DNA from: Actinomycetes bacterium
Lineage (GTDB): Bacteria; Actinomycetota; Thermoleophilia; Gaiellales; F1-60-MAGs149
DNA length: 64,000 nucleotides
Assembly (NCBI GenBank): GCA_025360225.1
Contig: JANYCN010000018.1
Location: 30,504 to 94,503, forward strand
Reading direction: 5' to 3'
Part shown: one piece after another, positions 22,568-34,100 of the stretch
How the letters are laid out: each line of letters starts with the position of its first letter
Position numbering within the stretch: position 1 is the first letter of the stretch
Position numbers and translations under genes: made by a program
The notes under the pieces: generated by a model
Seen by the model: the letters and a program-made list of their open reading frames with translations, nothing else
What the model was told of the DNA's origin: nothing
Database searches by the model: none

Positions 22568-25144
22568 CTACGGCACGACGACGCGCAGCGCCCGGCTCGG
22601 CGTGCCCGCGCCAAGGGTGCCCAGCGCGACGACGCGGATCGTCCATGTTCCCGGGACGAGTCGGAGCGTGACGATCCCGCGTGTCGTCCGCCGGACGACA
22701 CGGCGTCGCCCGGCGCTGGCGATGATGCGGTAGGCCGTCGTCCGTGCCGCGGCGATGTTGGCGGGCGCGGCGAACGTGACCGAGACGACGACGCCGCGCC
22801 GGCTGGCGCGGAGGCGTTGGGGAGCGGAGGCGCGCGCGAGCGTGATCGCGGTGCCTGCGTCGAGCGGCGTCGACAGCCCGGCCGCGTTGCGCGCGACCAC
22901 CTGGACGGCGTAGCCCGTGCCGGCGCGGAGTCCGTCGACGATCGCCGTCGTCCGACCAACGACGTGAACGGTGCGGCCGGGCCGGACGGTGACGTCGTAC
23001 CCGGTGACGGGTGAGCCGTTGTCGGAGAAGGGCCGGCCCCACGAGACGACGAGCGCGTGCTCGCGGACGCCGATCGCCGGCGCGGTTGGGGGCGTCGGGA
23101 CGTCGATCGGGGTCGCCGAGCCGGCGTCGAGCCACGGGGACGTCCCGGCGTCATCGACGGCGCGCACCCGGACGGCGTAGGTCTGGCCGTTCGTGAGGCC
23201 CGGGAAGGTGACGGAGGTGGTCGTCGTCGTCCGGGTGACGTCGCCTGGCTCGATGGCCACCTCGTAGGTGGGACGCGAGCCGTCCGCCGGTGAGCGCAGC
23301 ACCTGCACGTGCATCGCGGTCGGGCCGATCGAGAGGGTCGCGCCGGACGGGGCCGCTGGTACCCCGTAGGGCGTCACGGCGGGGAGGGCGACGGGCGCGG
23401 TCTGTCCCCACGCGCTCGTCGCGACGATCGTGGGGGTGTACGCGACGCCTGGGGTGAGCCCGGTGAAGGTCGTCGAGACGCCCTCGGCGTAGAACAGGTA
23501 GTCGAGGTGCTGCGTCGCGCCGCCCGGCGTGATCGTCACGTCGAGGCCGTAGGGTGCGCCGGCGAGCGTGCCGGGGATGCGGGCGACGATGTTCAGCCCG
23601 AACCCGATCGGGGCCACGGTAGCCGTTGGCCCGGGCGGGACGCCGTAGGGCGCGGCAGGCGGGCTGCTCACGAGGCTTGGGCGGGACGAGCCGACACCGT
23701 TCCGGGCAACGATCGTGAACGTGTAGGCAACGCCGTTGCGGAGCCCGTCAACGGTCACCGGGCTCGTGGAGCCGGTCACGGACCGTCCGCCCGGCATGGC
23801 GATGACGTCGTAGCCGAGAATCGGCGACCCGCCGTCGTCGGGTGTCGCGAAGCCGACGGTGACGCCGTCGAGGGACGGCGTCACCGACGGCACGCCCGGG
23901 ATCGGGGCCGGGACGCCGCCGACCACGACGTTCGCGACGGCCGGGGGCGAGGTGCCGAGCGGGTCCTCCGTCGTGACCGCGATCCGGTAGGTCGTGCCGT
24001 CCGTGAGCCCGGTAAGCACGACCGGACTGCGGCCGGTGAGGACGTCGGGTTGGCCATCGACGTGCACGCGGTAGATGGTCGCCATGCCGCTCTCCGGCTG
24101 CGGCATGAACGTCACGACCGCGCCGCCGCCCTCGGGCGCGACGCCGAGGGCGGTCGGTGGGTCGGGTGGGCGGGTGTGGAGGATGCAGCCGTTACCGCGG
24201 TTCGACCACTCGCTCTGAAGCAGGTAGCGGCCGGCACCGATACGCTGGTTGTAGGCGGTCGCCGGCGTCCCGTCTCGCGTGCCGAGCAAGCTTCCGAACT
24301 TCCACGCGCAGAGGTCGCCGACCTCCATGTTGTAGAGGTTGGTCGTCCACCACCCGTCAAGGTAGGGGTCGGTCTCGGCCTCGATCAGCTCGTGGCTGAT
24401 CACCCCGATCGCCGCGTCCTCGTTCGATACCGTCGGTAGCGTCGGTGTCGAGGAAGCGCGGCACCTCGCGCCCGGAAACCCGATCACGGCGTAGACCGTC
24501 CGGTTGCTCGTGAAGTAGTGGTATCCACAGAAGCCGTTGTTCGTGCAGAGGCTCGGCCCGTCGGTGACCTCGCAGGCCTCGAAACCGGGTGGCAGGAGGA
24601 GGACGACGAGCGTGGACCCGGCGACGGGCCAGCGCCGGGCAGCGACGAGGTTGGTCACGTGCGTGATGCCGTCGCCGACGTAGAAGCAGAGCTGCGGCGA
24701 GGGGACGGCATCACAGCCGACCGGGACCGGTGTGTGGTCGACGATCGAGCCGGCGAACCGCGTCGTCTGACCGGCGACGTCCCCGGCCAGGTCGGTGTAC
24801 TCGCGCGCCACGGCGAACACGTTCTCGGCGTCGTCGGTCGCGCTCGCGACGTCCGATAGGAAGCCGTCGATCGCAGAGCGGTACGTCGATGGGAAGGCGG
24901 CGCTGCCGGGTGGCGACCAGTAGACGACGTGGACGGAGATCGTCGCCATCACCGCGCCGCCGTGGTACCGGACTGGGCCACCACCGGTGGTGGCTGCGGC
25001 GTGGATGCGGTTTGCAGAGCTTCGCGCACCCTGGATGATCGGGAGCACGTGCGGGTGAGGCTGCGTCGTCGAGGCGCTCGCCTCGCCTGCTCCCGCGAGG
25101 ACGGCTGCCAGGAAACCCGCCGCTGCCAGCATCCGTCGCTTCAC
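22568..25144 (-). CDS. Secreted protein: PHI-1/EXORDIUM-like N-terminal domain plus several fibronectin type III repeats
   Basis: Signal peptide; YHGGAVM..VHVVYW, FCGYH, HELIEAETDP, EVGDLC, YLLQSEWSN; FN3 motifs DGGSPILGY..GLRNG.AYTF...ARN..G.S. Confidence 0.8.
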   Translation of the reverse strand: MKRRMLAAAGFLAAVLAGAGEASASTTQPHPHVLPIIQGARSSANRIHAAATTGGGPVRYHGGAVMATISVHVVYWSPPGSAAFPSTYRSAIDGFLSDVASATDDAENVFAVAREYTDLAGDVAGQTTRFAGSIVDHTPVPVGCDAVPSPQLCFYVGDGITHVTNLVAARRWPVAGSTLVVLLLPPGFEACEVTDGPSLCTNNGFCGYHYFTSNRTVYAVIGFPGARCRASSTPTLPTVSNEDAAIGVISHELIEAETDPYLDGWWTTNLYNMEVGDLCAWKFGSLLGTRDGTPATAYNQRIGAGRYLLQSEWSNRGNGCILHTRPPDPPTALGVAPEGGGAVVTFMPQPESGMATIYRVHVDGQPDVLTGRSPVVLTGLTDGTTYRIAVTTEDPLGTSPPAVANVVVGGVPAPIPGVPSVTPSLDGVTVGFATPDDGGSPILGYDVIAMPGGRSVTGSTSPVTVDGLRNGVAYTFTIVARNGVGSSRPSLVSSPPAAPYGVPPGPTATVAPIGFGLNIVARIPGTLAGAPYGLDVTITPGGATQHLDYLFYAEGVSTTFTGLTPGVAYTPTIVATSAWGQTAPVALPAVTPYGVPAAPSGATLSIGPTAMHVQVLRSPADGSRPTYEVAIEPGDVTRTTTTTSVTFPGLTNGQTYAVRVRAVDDAGTSPWLDAGSATPIDVPTPPTAPAIGVREHALVVSWGRPFSDNGSPVTGYDVTVRPGRTVHVVGRTTAIVDGLRAGTGYAVQVVARNAAGLSTPLDAGTAITLARASAPQRLRASRRGVVVSVTFAAPANIAAARTTAYRIIASAGRRRVVRRTTRGIVTLRLVPGTWTIRVVALGTLGAGTPSRALRVVVP

Positions 25145-25173
25145 GTAGCGATCGTACCAGCGTGCCGGCCATG

Positions 25174-25198
25174 ATCAATTCCGACAATTGATGACAAT
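25174..25198. promoter_or_regulatory. AT-rich inverted/direct repeat in the divergent promoter region of the LamG-Rhs operon
   Basis: atcaatt-ccgac-aattgat (25174-25192); gacaat repeated at 25183 and 25193 (10-bp period). Confidence 0.45.
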
Positions 25199-25272
25199 CA
25201 CTAGACATGGCCGGCCAGACATCGTACGGTGACCGACGTTCGGCAGCGACGACACGAGGGGTGGGGTTTTCG

Positions 25273-28138
25273 ATGGGCGTTCGAGGAGCAGCGGGTGTTC
25301 TGGTGCTCTCGGCTGTGGTCACGGCGACCGCCGCGTCTCTCACGGGCATGGGGGGGGGGATCGGGGCGGGCGGTGGCAGCGACGGCGCCCCCGCCGGTGG
25401 CGATGAGCGCTCCGACGGAGCAGCTCGCGGCGGCGCTGGCGCGCTCGCAGGGGACGCCGGTTGAGGTGTCGTCGAGGACGACCCCGACCGAGCAGACCCT
25501 TGCGAACCCGGATGGCTCGTTCACGCTGAGCATCTCGTCGGCGCCGGTCCGCGCGATGCGCGCAGGCGCGTGGGTTGCGGTTGACCCCACGCTCTCCGTC
25601 TCGGCCGACGGGCGGGTGCGGCCCTACGCCTCGGCGATCGATGTCTCGTTCTCGAACGGCGGCAGGGGACCGGCCGTGATCGTGACCGCGGAAGGCGCGA
25701 CCGTCGCCTGGTCGTGGCCGACGGCGCTCCCGGTACCGACCATCAGCAGCGACCGCGTGACCTACGCGAGCGTGTACCCCGGCGTCGACCTCGTGCTCCG
25801 CGCGACGTCGTCGTCGTTCGCGGACGTCCTCGTCGTCCACTCGGCGCAGGCGGCAACGAGCGTGGCCGGGAAGCCGATCACGCTTGCGATGGCGATTACG
25901 GGTGGCACCGTCTCCGCCGACGGTGGTGGCGGCTTCAAGGTCGTGAACGCCCTCGGCGGCGTGGCGCTCCGTGGCGACGCGCCGGCGGAGTGGGACTCGC
26001 GTGGCGCAACGGGCACGTCTGGCCCGGCCGCGCAGGCCTCCGTGGCGGGGCCGTCGGCGACGGTCACGGAACCCGGCGGAGGGCCGGTTGACCGCGTCGT
26101 CGCGCCGCTCGGCTCCGATCGCTTCGTGGGGCTCTCGGCATCCGTGACGGGCTCGTCGCTGGTGGTCACCGCTGCCTCCTCGCTGTTCAGCGATCCGGCT
26201 ACCGTCTACCCGGTGTACGTCGACCCCTCGACCAGCCTCAAGACCGGTAGCTGGGCGATGGCCGACCAGTACTTCCCGACCGCGAAATACTGGAACTGGT
26301 CCGATGCGGGGACGCCGGGCGGCCAGGGCGTCGGGCACTACGCCGACACGACGCAGTACCCGACGGTCGAGAGCAGGCGACTGTACTTCAGCTTCCCGAC
26401 CTCGACGCTGTCGAAGAAGGTGATCACGTCTGCCTCGTTCACGGCGACCGAGGTGTGGGCGTGGTCGTGCACGGCGGCCGCGGTGAACCTGTACGAGTCG
26501 CCGGCCGTCACCTCCGCGTTGACGTGGAACACGAGGCCGGCCTGGGGGAAGCTCGTCTCGACCAAGACCGTTGCGCACGGGTATCCCGGCTGCACGACGT
26601 CGTCGACGGTCTCGTCGTCCCCAACTCTCGTCTCGTTCGACGCGAAGGCGGTCGCAGTCGACGCGGCCGCGAAGGGGTGGGGCACGACCTGGGTCGGCCT
26701 CGGTGCCTCCGAGACGACGAACTCCTGGAAGCGATTCAAGCACGACGCGACGCTCGTCGTCGTCTACCGCTCCGTCCCGAACGTGCCGACGATCACGAAC
26801 CCGACATGCGGAGCTTCGCCGGGGCCCACGCACGCGCCGAGCGTGATCTTCAAAGCCAAGAATGTGGTGAGCCCGGATAAGGTCGCCGTGAAGGTGACGT
26901 TCGATGTAGCCCGAGCCGGGGGGACCGCGATTGCAAACCTTTCGACCCAACCCGTGACCGTGACCCCGACCACGGAACAACAGGTTGGGCCGATCACGCT
27001 GGTGGGCGGAACCTACACGATGGACGCCTACACCACTGACATGTCGGTGAAGCTCCTTCCATTGAGTAGTGCAAAGACACCAGTCTGCTACTTCCAGGTC
27101 GATGCGTCCACACCACCGTCCCCGCAGGTGTACCTCCCGGCAACCGGGCCATCTGGAGCGCCGGTTCCGGCCACGGTGGTGCTACCGGCCGGCACGACCA
27201 GGTATGCCTGGACGATCAACCGAGCGGGTGCGGCACCGGGAACTGGATCCTTCGTCACTGGTGCCGGAACGCTCTCCTTGCCCGTCACGTTCCCGACATC
27301 GGGGAACGAGACGCTGTACGTGTGGAGCATGAACGGGGTCGGAACCGTCTCCACCGATCCGGGGTCCGCGGGGATCACGATCAGCGGCACACCGGCCCTG
27401 GCGCGGTGGGGCCTCGACGATTCGTTGCCGGGAGGCGCGGGGCCCGCGGACGAGGCCTCGGCGTGCCCGGCGAACGTCCCGCTTCGATCGGGCCTTCTGT
27501 CGGGCGGGGTGTCGTCGGTCGGCGGGCGCTGGATCGCGTCTGACCCGTCTGACCTGGCGTTGCAGTTCGCGGGCACGGCGGCCGACACGCTGGTGTCGGG
27601 GGCGATCGCGATGCCCGGCCCCGATGATGTCTCCGCCACGGCCTGGGTAGCCCCGAACGGGTTGGCCGGGACGGCGTTCGCGCTCGGCGCCCCGGCTGGC
27701 GGGACGCCGCTCGTCTCGGTATCGCTGACACCCGACCCGGCTGACGCGACCGTCTCGCGATGGACGGCGACGCTCGGCGGGGTCTCCGTGCAGGTGCCGA
27801 CGATCGACGTCGTCGCGGGCGACTGGTACCACGTCACGGCCGGGTACTCGAGGAGCGATGGGCTGTTGACGCTCTCCGTCCTCCAGGTCGACGGGCTGCT
27901 GATCTTCCCCGACTCGGTGTCCGCCGTGATCGTGGCACCCGTCGTGGTACCAGCCCAGCTCGAGGCGACCGTGGGCGGCGTGCACGTGGCCACCGGTTTC
28001 GATCAGGGCTTCGTAGGGACGGTGGACGAGCTGCTCGTGTATGGCGGCTCGCTCAACGCCCAGCAGGTGACCTATCTGGATACAGCAGCAAGACCGTACG
28101 GCACCAATGATCCCTGCTCGCAGGCACCGCAGGGATGA
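25273..28138 (+). CDS. Secreted DNRLRE-domain / LamG-like jellyroll protein (Rhs partner), frameshifted at a G10 tract as given
   Basis: ATG 25273 (G-rich RBS) encodes signal-like MGVRGAAGVLVLSAVVTATAASLTG that stops at 25464; deleting one G from 25350-25359 joins it to the long frame (ANPDGSFT, YPVYVDP, RLYFSF..ITSASF...WAWSC..TWNTRP, LamG WYHVTAGY..FVGTVDELLVY). Confidence 0.8.
25350..25359 (+). repeat. G10 homopolymer tract
   Basis: cat-gggggggggg-atc; the longest homopolymer I noticed in the window. Confidence 0.9.
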
Positions 28139-31100
28139 AGAGGCCAGCCCTCATGCGGGTCGGCGTCGCGATGGTTCTCCCGGTCGTCCTCGCGACGGCC
28201 GCCGCGGCGACGCCGTCGGCCGCCGCGCATACGCCAACCGTCGCGCGGCCGGCGGTCGCCGCTACCGCGGCGTCATCGTTGCCTCCGGTCGTGCGGGCGG
28301 TGCGTCCGACGACCCACCCGTTCCACCTCGTGCCGCGGGCACCGCGCTACCGGGTGGCTGCGGCTGCAGCTGTGACTCGGTCGCCGATCTCGGTCAAGGT
28401 CGTGTCGGCCGGGCATGCGCGAGCATCCTCGGTCCGCGTGCGGGTCTCGGTGTCCGGAGCGGCTGTCGCCCGGGCTCGCGGAGCGGGGATCGTCTGGTCG
28501 CTACGTCCCACCGTCCGGGCGAGCATCCGCGTTACCCTCGACCTCGCGACGATCGCTCCACGGTTCGGTGGAGGTTGGGGCCCGCGCGCGCGACTCGTCG
28601 CGCTCGTGCCGTGCGCCGGGGCGGCGTTGCGGCGTGATCCCGGGTGTCGCCTCGAGGTGCCGGTCGCGACCAGGAACGTTCGCGGACGCGTGCTCGTCGC
28701 CACGGTCGCTGCCGGGCCATCATCGGCGGTCACGCTGGCGGCGGTCTCCTCCGCGACGGGAAGCGCGGGGTCGTACGCGGCGACGGCGATGGTGCCGTCC
28801 TCGTCCTGGCAGGCCGGTGGTCAGAGCGGCGACTTCCGCTGGTCGTATCCGATTCAGGCTCCGCCGGTGGCGGGCGGTCTCGGCCCGACGCTCGCGATCG
28901 ACTACGCCTCGGGCAGCGTCGACGGCCGCGTCGCGTCCACGAACGTGCAGCCGTCCTGGCTCGGACAGGGGTTCGGGCTCGAGCCCGGCTACATCGAGCG
29001 GCGCTACGTGTCCTGCGCCGACGACCTCGCGTCGGGGAACAACGCCACCCACGCGACGCCCGACCTCTGCTGGAGGTCGATGAACGCGTCGATCTCGCTC
29101 GGCACGCACTCCGGCATCCTCGTCCCGACGACGACCGCGAACGTGTACCGGCTACAGGAGGACGACGGCTCGCGGATCACGCACGTCGGAACCGGCCCGA
29201 CCGGTGGTGCCGCGGAGTCCTGGAAGCTCGAGACGACCGACGGCACCGTGTACACGTTCGGGCTCGGGAAGGATGCGCTGGGGAACGCGACCGGTAGCGC
29301 CTGGTCGGTGCCGGTGTTCGGGAACCAGGCGGGTGAGCCATGCTACAAGGCCGCGAACTTCGCCGGCTCGTCCTGCTCGCTAGGGTGGCGCTGGAACCTC
29401 GACTCGGTCGTCGATCGCCACGGGAACGCGATCGGGTACGCCTACGCGCCGGAGACGAACGAGTACGGCGCGAACCTGAACACGTCGATCGTGTCCTACA
29501 CCCGGGGCGGCGTCCTGACGCAGATCAGCTACGGCCAGCGTGTCGGCGCGCCTGCGCTGGGCGCCTCGGCGCGGGTGGTATTCACGACCGCGCAGCGCTG
29601 CATCCCGTCTGGCACGATCACGTGCGCTGCGACGCAGCTGACGGCGACGACGGCGAGCTCGTGGCCGGACGTGCCGTTTGACCAGATCTGCACGGCGGCG
29701 CTCGGCGCGGTGCCGGCCGGCAAGGGGTGTCCGAACGTGCAGGCGCCGGCGTTCTTCACGCGCCTCATGCTCACCGGGATTGCCACGCAGGTGGCGCTCA
29801 CCGCGAACGTGTTCACGGCAGTCGACTCGTGGGCGTTCGCGCACACGTGGCTGAACCCGGGGGATACGACGAGCGCGGTGCTGTGGCTCGACTCGATCAC
29901 GCGCACCGGCCTCGACGGCGGGTCGGTTGCCGTGCCGCCCGTGAAGCTGATCGCGTCGACGCAGATGCCAAACCGCGTCGACTCGGTGACGGACAACGCG
30001 CCGCCGATGAACAACTTCCGGCTGATAGGGATCCAGAACAACGTCGGTGGGGCGACGTCGATCGTGTACTCGTCCCCGGTTGAGGCCGGGGCGTGCACGC
30101 CGGCGTCGAAGCCGGTGCCGGCGACGAACACCCGGCTCTGCTTCCCGGTGTACTGGTCGGCGTTCGGCAACGTCGCGCCATCGTTGAACTGGTTCTACAA
30201 GTACGTCGTGCGGCAGGTGACGGAGGACACCGGCACGATCGGCAGCACCCAGAAGGTCACCCGCTACGCGTACGTCGGAGGTGGAGCCTGGCGGTTCGAC
30301 CGGGACGATCTGGTGCCGGCGAGGTACCGCACGTGGGGCCAGTGGCGCGGGTTCGCGACGGTCGATGCTGTCGTCGGCACTCCGAGGGTCGGCCCGTTCT
30401 CGGCGTCGCGGCAGCTGTTCATGCGTGGCATGAACGGAGACTGCGTCGACGCGACCTGCGTCGCGAAGAAGAGCGTGGTCGTCACGGACTCGCGCGGCGG
30501 GTCGGTCGTCGACCAGGACCGGATGAACGGCTTCCTGCGCGAGCAGATCATGTTCGGGGCCTGGAGCGACGCGACGATGGCCGGCTCGGCCGCAACGAGC
30601 GAGGAGCTCCAGACGCCGATCCTGGGCGCCGTCACGGCAACGGACGGGACGCATAGCGCCCAGCTGCTCGAGACCGCGAGCTCGAGCAAGCGGACGTACC
30701 GCACGACGTCTGGCGGGTACCTCGAGTCGGACCTCGCCTACACGTACGACGCGTACGGGCAGCCGCTGACGATCGACGACAACGCCGGCGAGTGCACGAC
30801 CTTCACCTACGACACGAACCTCGCGGTCTGGCTGGTCGACCTCGTGACGAGCAAGGCGATCGTCGCGCGCCCCTGTGCCACGGCGCCCTCGGCGACGGTT
30901 GCCGACACGCTGAGCGCGACCCGCACGGTGTACGACTCCGCTCCCTCGTGGGCGGCGGCTCCCGGATCGGCGGTCGGCGATCCGACGCGAACGCTCGTGC
31001 TCGACGGCCCCGCCGCCGGCCCAGGCGCGTGGGTGACGAACGCGACGACGACGTTCGACGGTCTCGGCCGGCCGCTCGTGGTGACGGACGGGCTCGGGCG

Positions 31101-34100
31101 TGCGACGACGACGACGTACACGCCGGCCGTGAGCGGCCCGGCGACGCAGGTCGTCGTCGCGAACGCGCTCGGCCAGGCCACGACGACCACCCTCGACCCG
31201 CTGCGGGGCCTGACGCTCGCGACGGTCGACCCGAACGGACGGCGCATCGACGAGGCCTACGACGGCCTCGGGCGGCTCACGTCCGTGTGGCTCGCGAACA
31301 GGGCGAAGGCAACGCAGACCCCGAACGTCCGCTACGCGTACACGCTGTCGGCAACCGCCGGCAGCGTCGTCGAGTCGGACGAGCTGCGCAACAACGGCAC
31401 CTACACGGCGACGTTCACCTACTACGACGGCCTGATGCGCGAGACCGAGACGCAGTCGCCGCTGCTTGACGGCACCGCCGGGCGCGTCGTCTACCAGACG
31501 CTGTATGACGGTCGCGGGCTGAAGGCGACCGTCACCGGCCCGGTCGGCCTGACCGGCGCGCCCGCCGCGACCGGCACGGTGATCGCGGCCGACAACCAGG
31601 TGATGGACCGCGTCGACACGAGCTACGACGTCTCCGGGCGCGTGACGTCCGTCACGGAGCGCCCCGGGACGCCCGGCGGCTGGCGGTACCTGACGACCTC
31701 CACGACCTACGACGGCGACACCGTGACGGTCACGCCGCCGACCGGTGGCACGATCACACGAACGACGGTCGATGCGCGGGGCAACACGATCTCGTCGGCC
31801 CAGTACGACGGCACGGCGTTCCTGACGAGCACGTACGCGTACCGGCCGGACGGGCTGATGACGTCGATGACGGATCCCGCCGGCAAGTCCTGGACGCGCT
31901 CCTACGACCTTCGTGGCCGGCTCGTCTCGACGGCCGATCCGGACGCCGGGACGACCCGGTTCACCTACGACGTGGCGGGCCAGCAGCTCACGCGGACGGA
32001 TGCCCGTGGCGTGCAGATCACGACGAGCTACGACGGTCTTGGCCGCCGCACCGGCGAGCAGCGCACCGACGGCCCCACGCCGGTGCCGCTGACGCAGTTC
32101 ACCTACGACGCCGCCACGGGCGGCATCGGGCAGCTCGCGACTGAGACGCGCACGGTGAACGGGAACGACTACACGCAGGCGATCACGGCCTACGACCCGC
32201 GCTACAACGTGCTGACCTCACAGACCACGATCCCGGCGTCCGAGGGCCTGCTCGCCGGGACGTTCCCGGGGAAGTCGGCCTACAACGTCGACGGACAACT
32301 CCAGTCGTACATCCCGCCGAACGTCCCCGGCCTCGCCGCCGTCGGCTACTCGTACGGCTACGACACGCTCGGGCAGCTTAAGTCCATGGCCACTGGCGTG
32401 GGCGCAATTGTGCCCGGTGTGCTGCACGACTACCTCGGCGACGTGTACCAGATGACGACGGGTGCGAGTCTCGGGCAGGGCGTGACGTATAACTGGAACT
32501 ACGAGACCGGCACGAACCGGCTCGTCGGCCGCATCATCCAACGCCAGTCGCAGCCTGGCTACACGATGAACCTGAGCTACACGTACGACGACGCCGGCAA
32601 CGTCACGAGCAGCAACGACGCTCCGAGCGGCGTCACGGACGGGCCGACCGGTGAGACGCAGTGCTACACGTACGACGGGCTGCGTCGCCTGACGGCGGCG
32701 TGGACGCCGGCCGCGGCGAGCTGTGCGGCGGCGCCGGCGAGCGCTGCCGCCCTCGGTGGCCCTGCCCCCTACTGGCGCACGTATGGCTACAACAATGAGG
32801 GGTCGCGGACCAGCGAGACGGATAACGCCGGCGTCACGCCGACCACGACGTCGTACCAGTACGCGGCCGGCGCCCCCCACGAGCTCGCCTCCACGACGAC
32901 GGGCGGCCGCACGACCGGCTACGGGTTCGACGCTGCCGGCAACCGGACGACGGTCACGCCGCCTGTTGGCCAGGCGACGACGACGACGTTCGACGAGTTC
33001 GGGAAGGTGTCGTCCGTCACGAGCGCCGCCGGCACCGTCACCTACATCCACGACGCCGAGGGGCGCCTTCTGCTGACGAAGGTCGGCACGGACGAGACGC
33101 TGTCATTGCCGGACGGTACCGAGGATCGCGTCACGAACGCCGTGGCGTCATCGACGCGGTCGATCTCGTTCCTCGGCAACGCGGTGACGGTTCAAACCCC
33201 CGGCGGGTTCGTGAACATCGTTCCCGACCCGCACAACACGGGCGAGCTGGCGATCGACGACCACACCGACGCGATCTCGATCCGGCGCAGCCTGCCGTTC
33301 GGCGGGCTGCGCACGACGCCAACCTCGTGGCCCGACCAGCACGGCTTCGTGGGTGGGCTAGCCGACCCGGTCGCCGTGACCGGAACCGTCCACGTCGGCG
33401 CGCGCGACTACGACTCGGGCACGGGCCAGTTCATCAGCCCCGACCCGGTGCTCGACGCCGGGAACCCGTCCGGCTGGAACCCGTACGCATACGGCGGCTC
33501 GAACCCGGTCACGAACAGCGACCCGAGCGGGCTGATGCTGGCGTCGCCGGACGGAGGTGGTGGTGGGGGTCTCACCGCTACCGCGCCGCGACCGGCTCCG
33601 GCGAAGCCGAGGATGATCGTGTACGGCCGGTGGGCTGCGATCTATCGCTCCACGAGCGGCACGAACAAGCACTCCGACTCCGGCGGCAGCTTCTTCTCGA
33701 ACATCGGGAACGCGTTCGCCGGGATGGGAGCCGGCGTCGCCGACCAGGTCGGCCTCGGCGACGTCTACACCGGCGCGATGAAGAGCGCCGGCGTCGACAC
33801 GAGCAGCGGCTGGTACACCGGCGCGCGCACCGTCACGAACGTCGCGATCATCGTCGCTTCCGTCGCCGTCCCGGGCGTCGGCGCCGTCCGCGCCGGCATC
33901 CAGGCCGCGCGCCTCGCGAACGACGCACACGAGGCGCTGAACGCCGTCCGCGCGGGCGAGTCGATGCTCCCCGAGGCAGAGAGCCTCGTGCGGGATGCGG
34001 CGGAGTCGTGTAGCGCGAACAGCTTCACCGCGCGGACGCTGGTGACGATGGCGGACGGCTCGCGCGAGCCGATCAGCCGGGTGGCGGTGGGCGACCGCGT

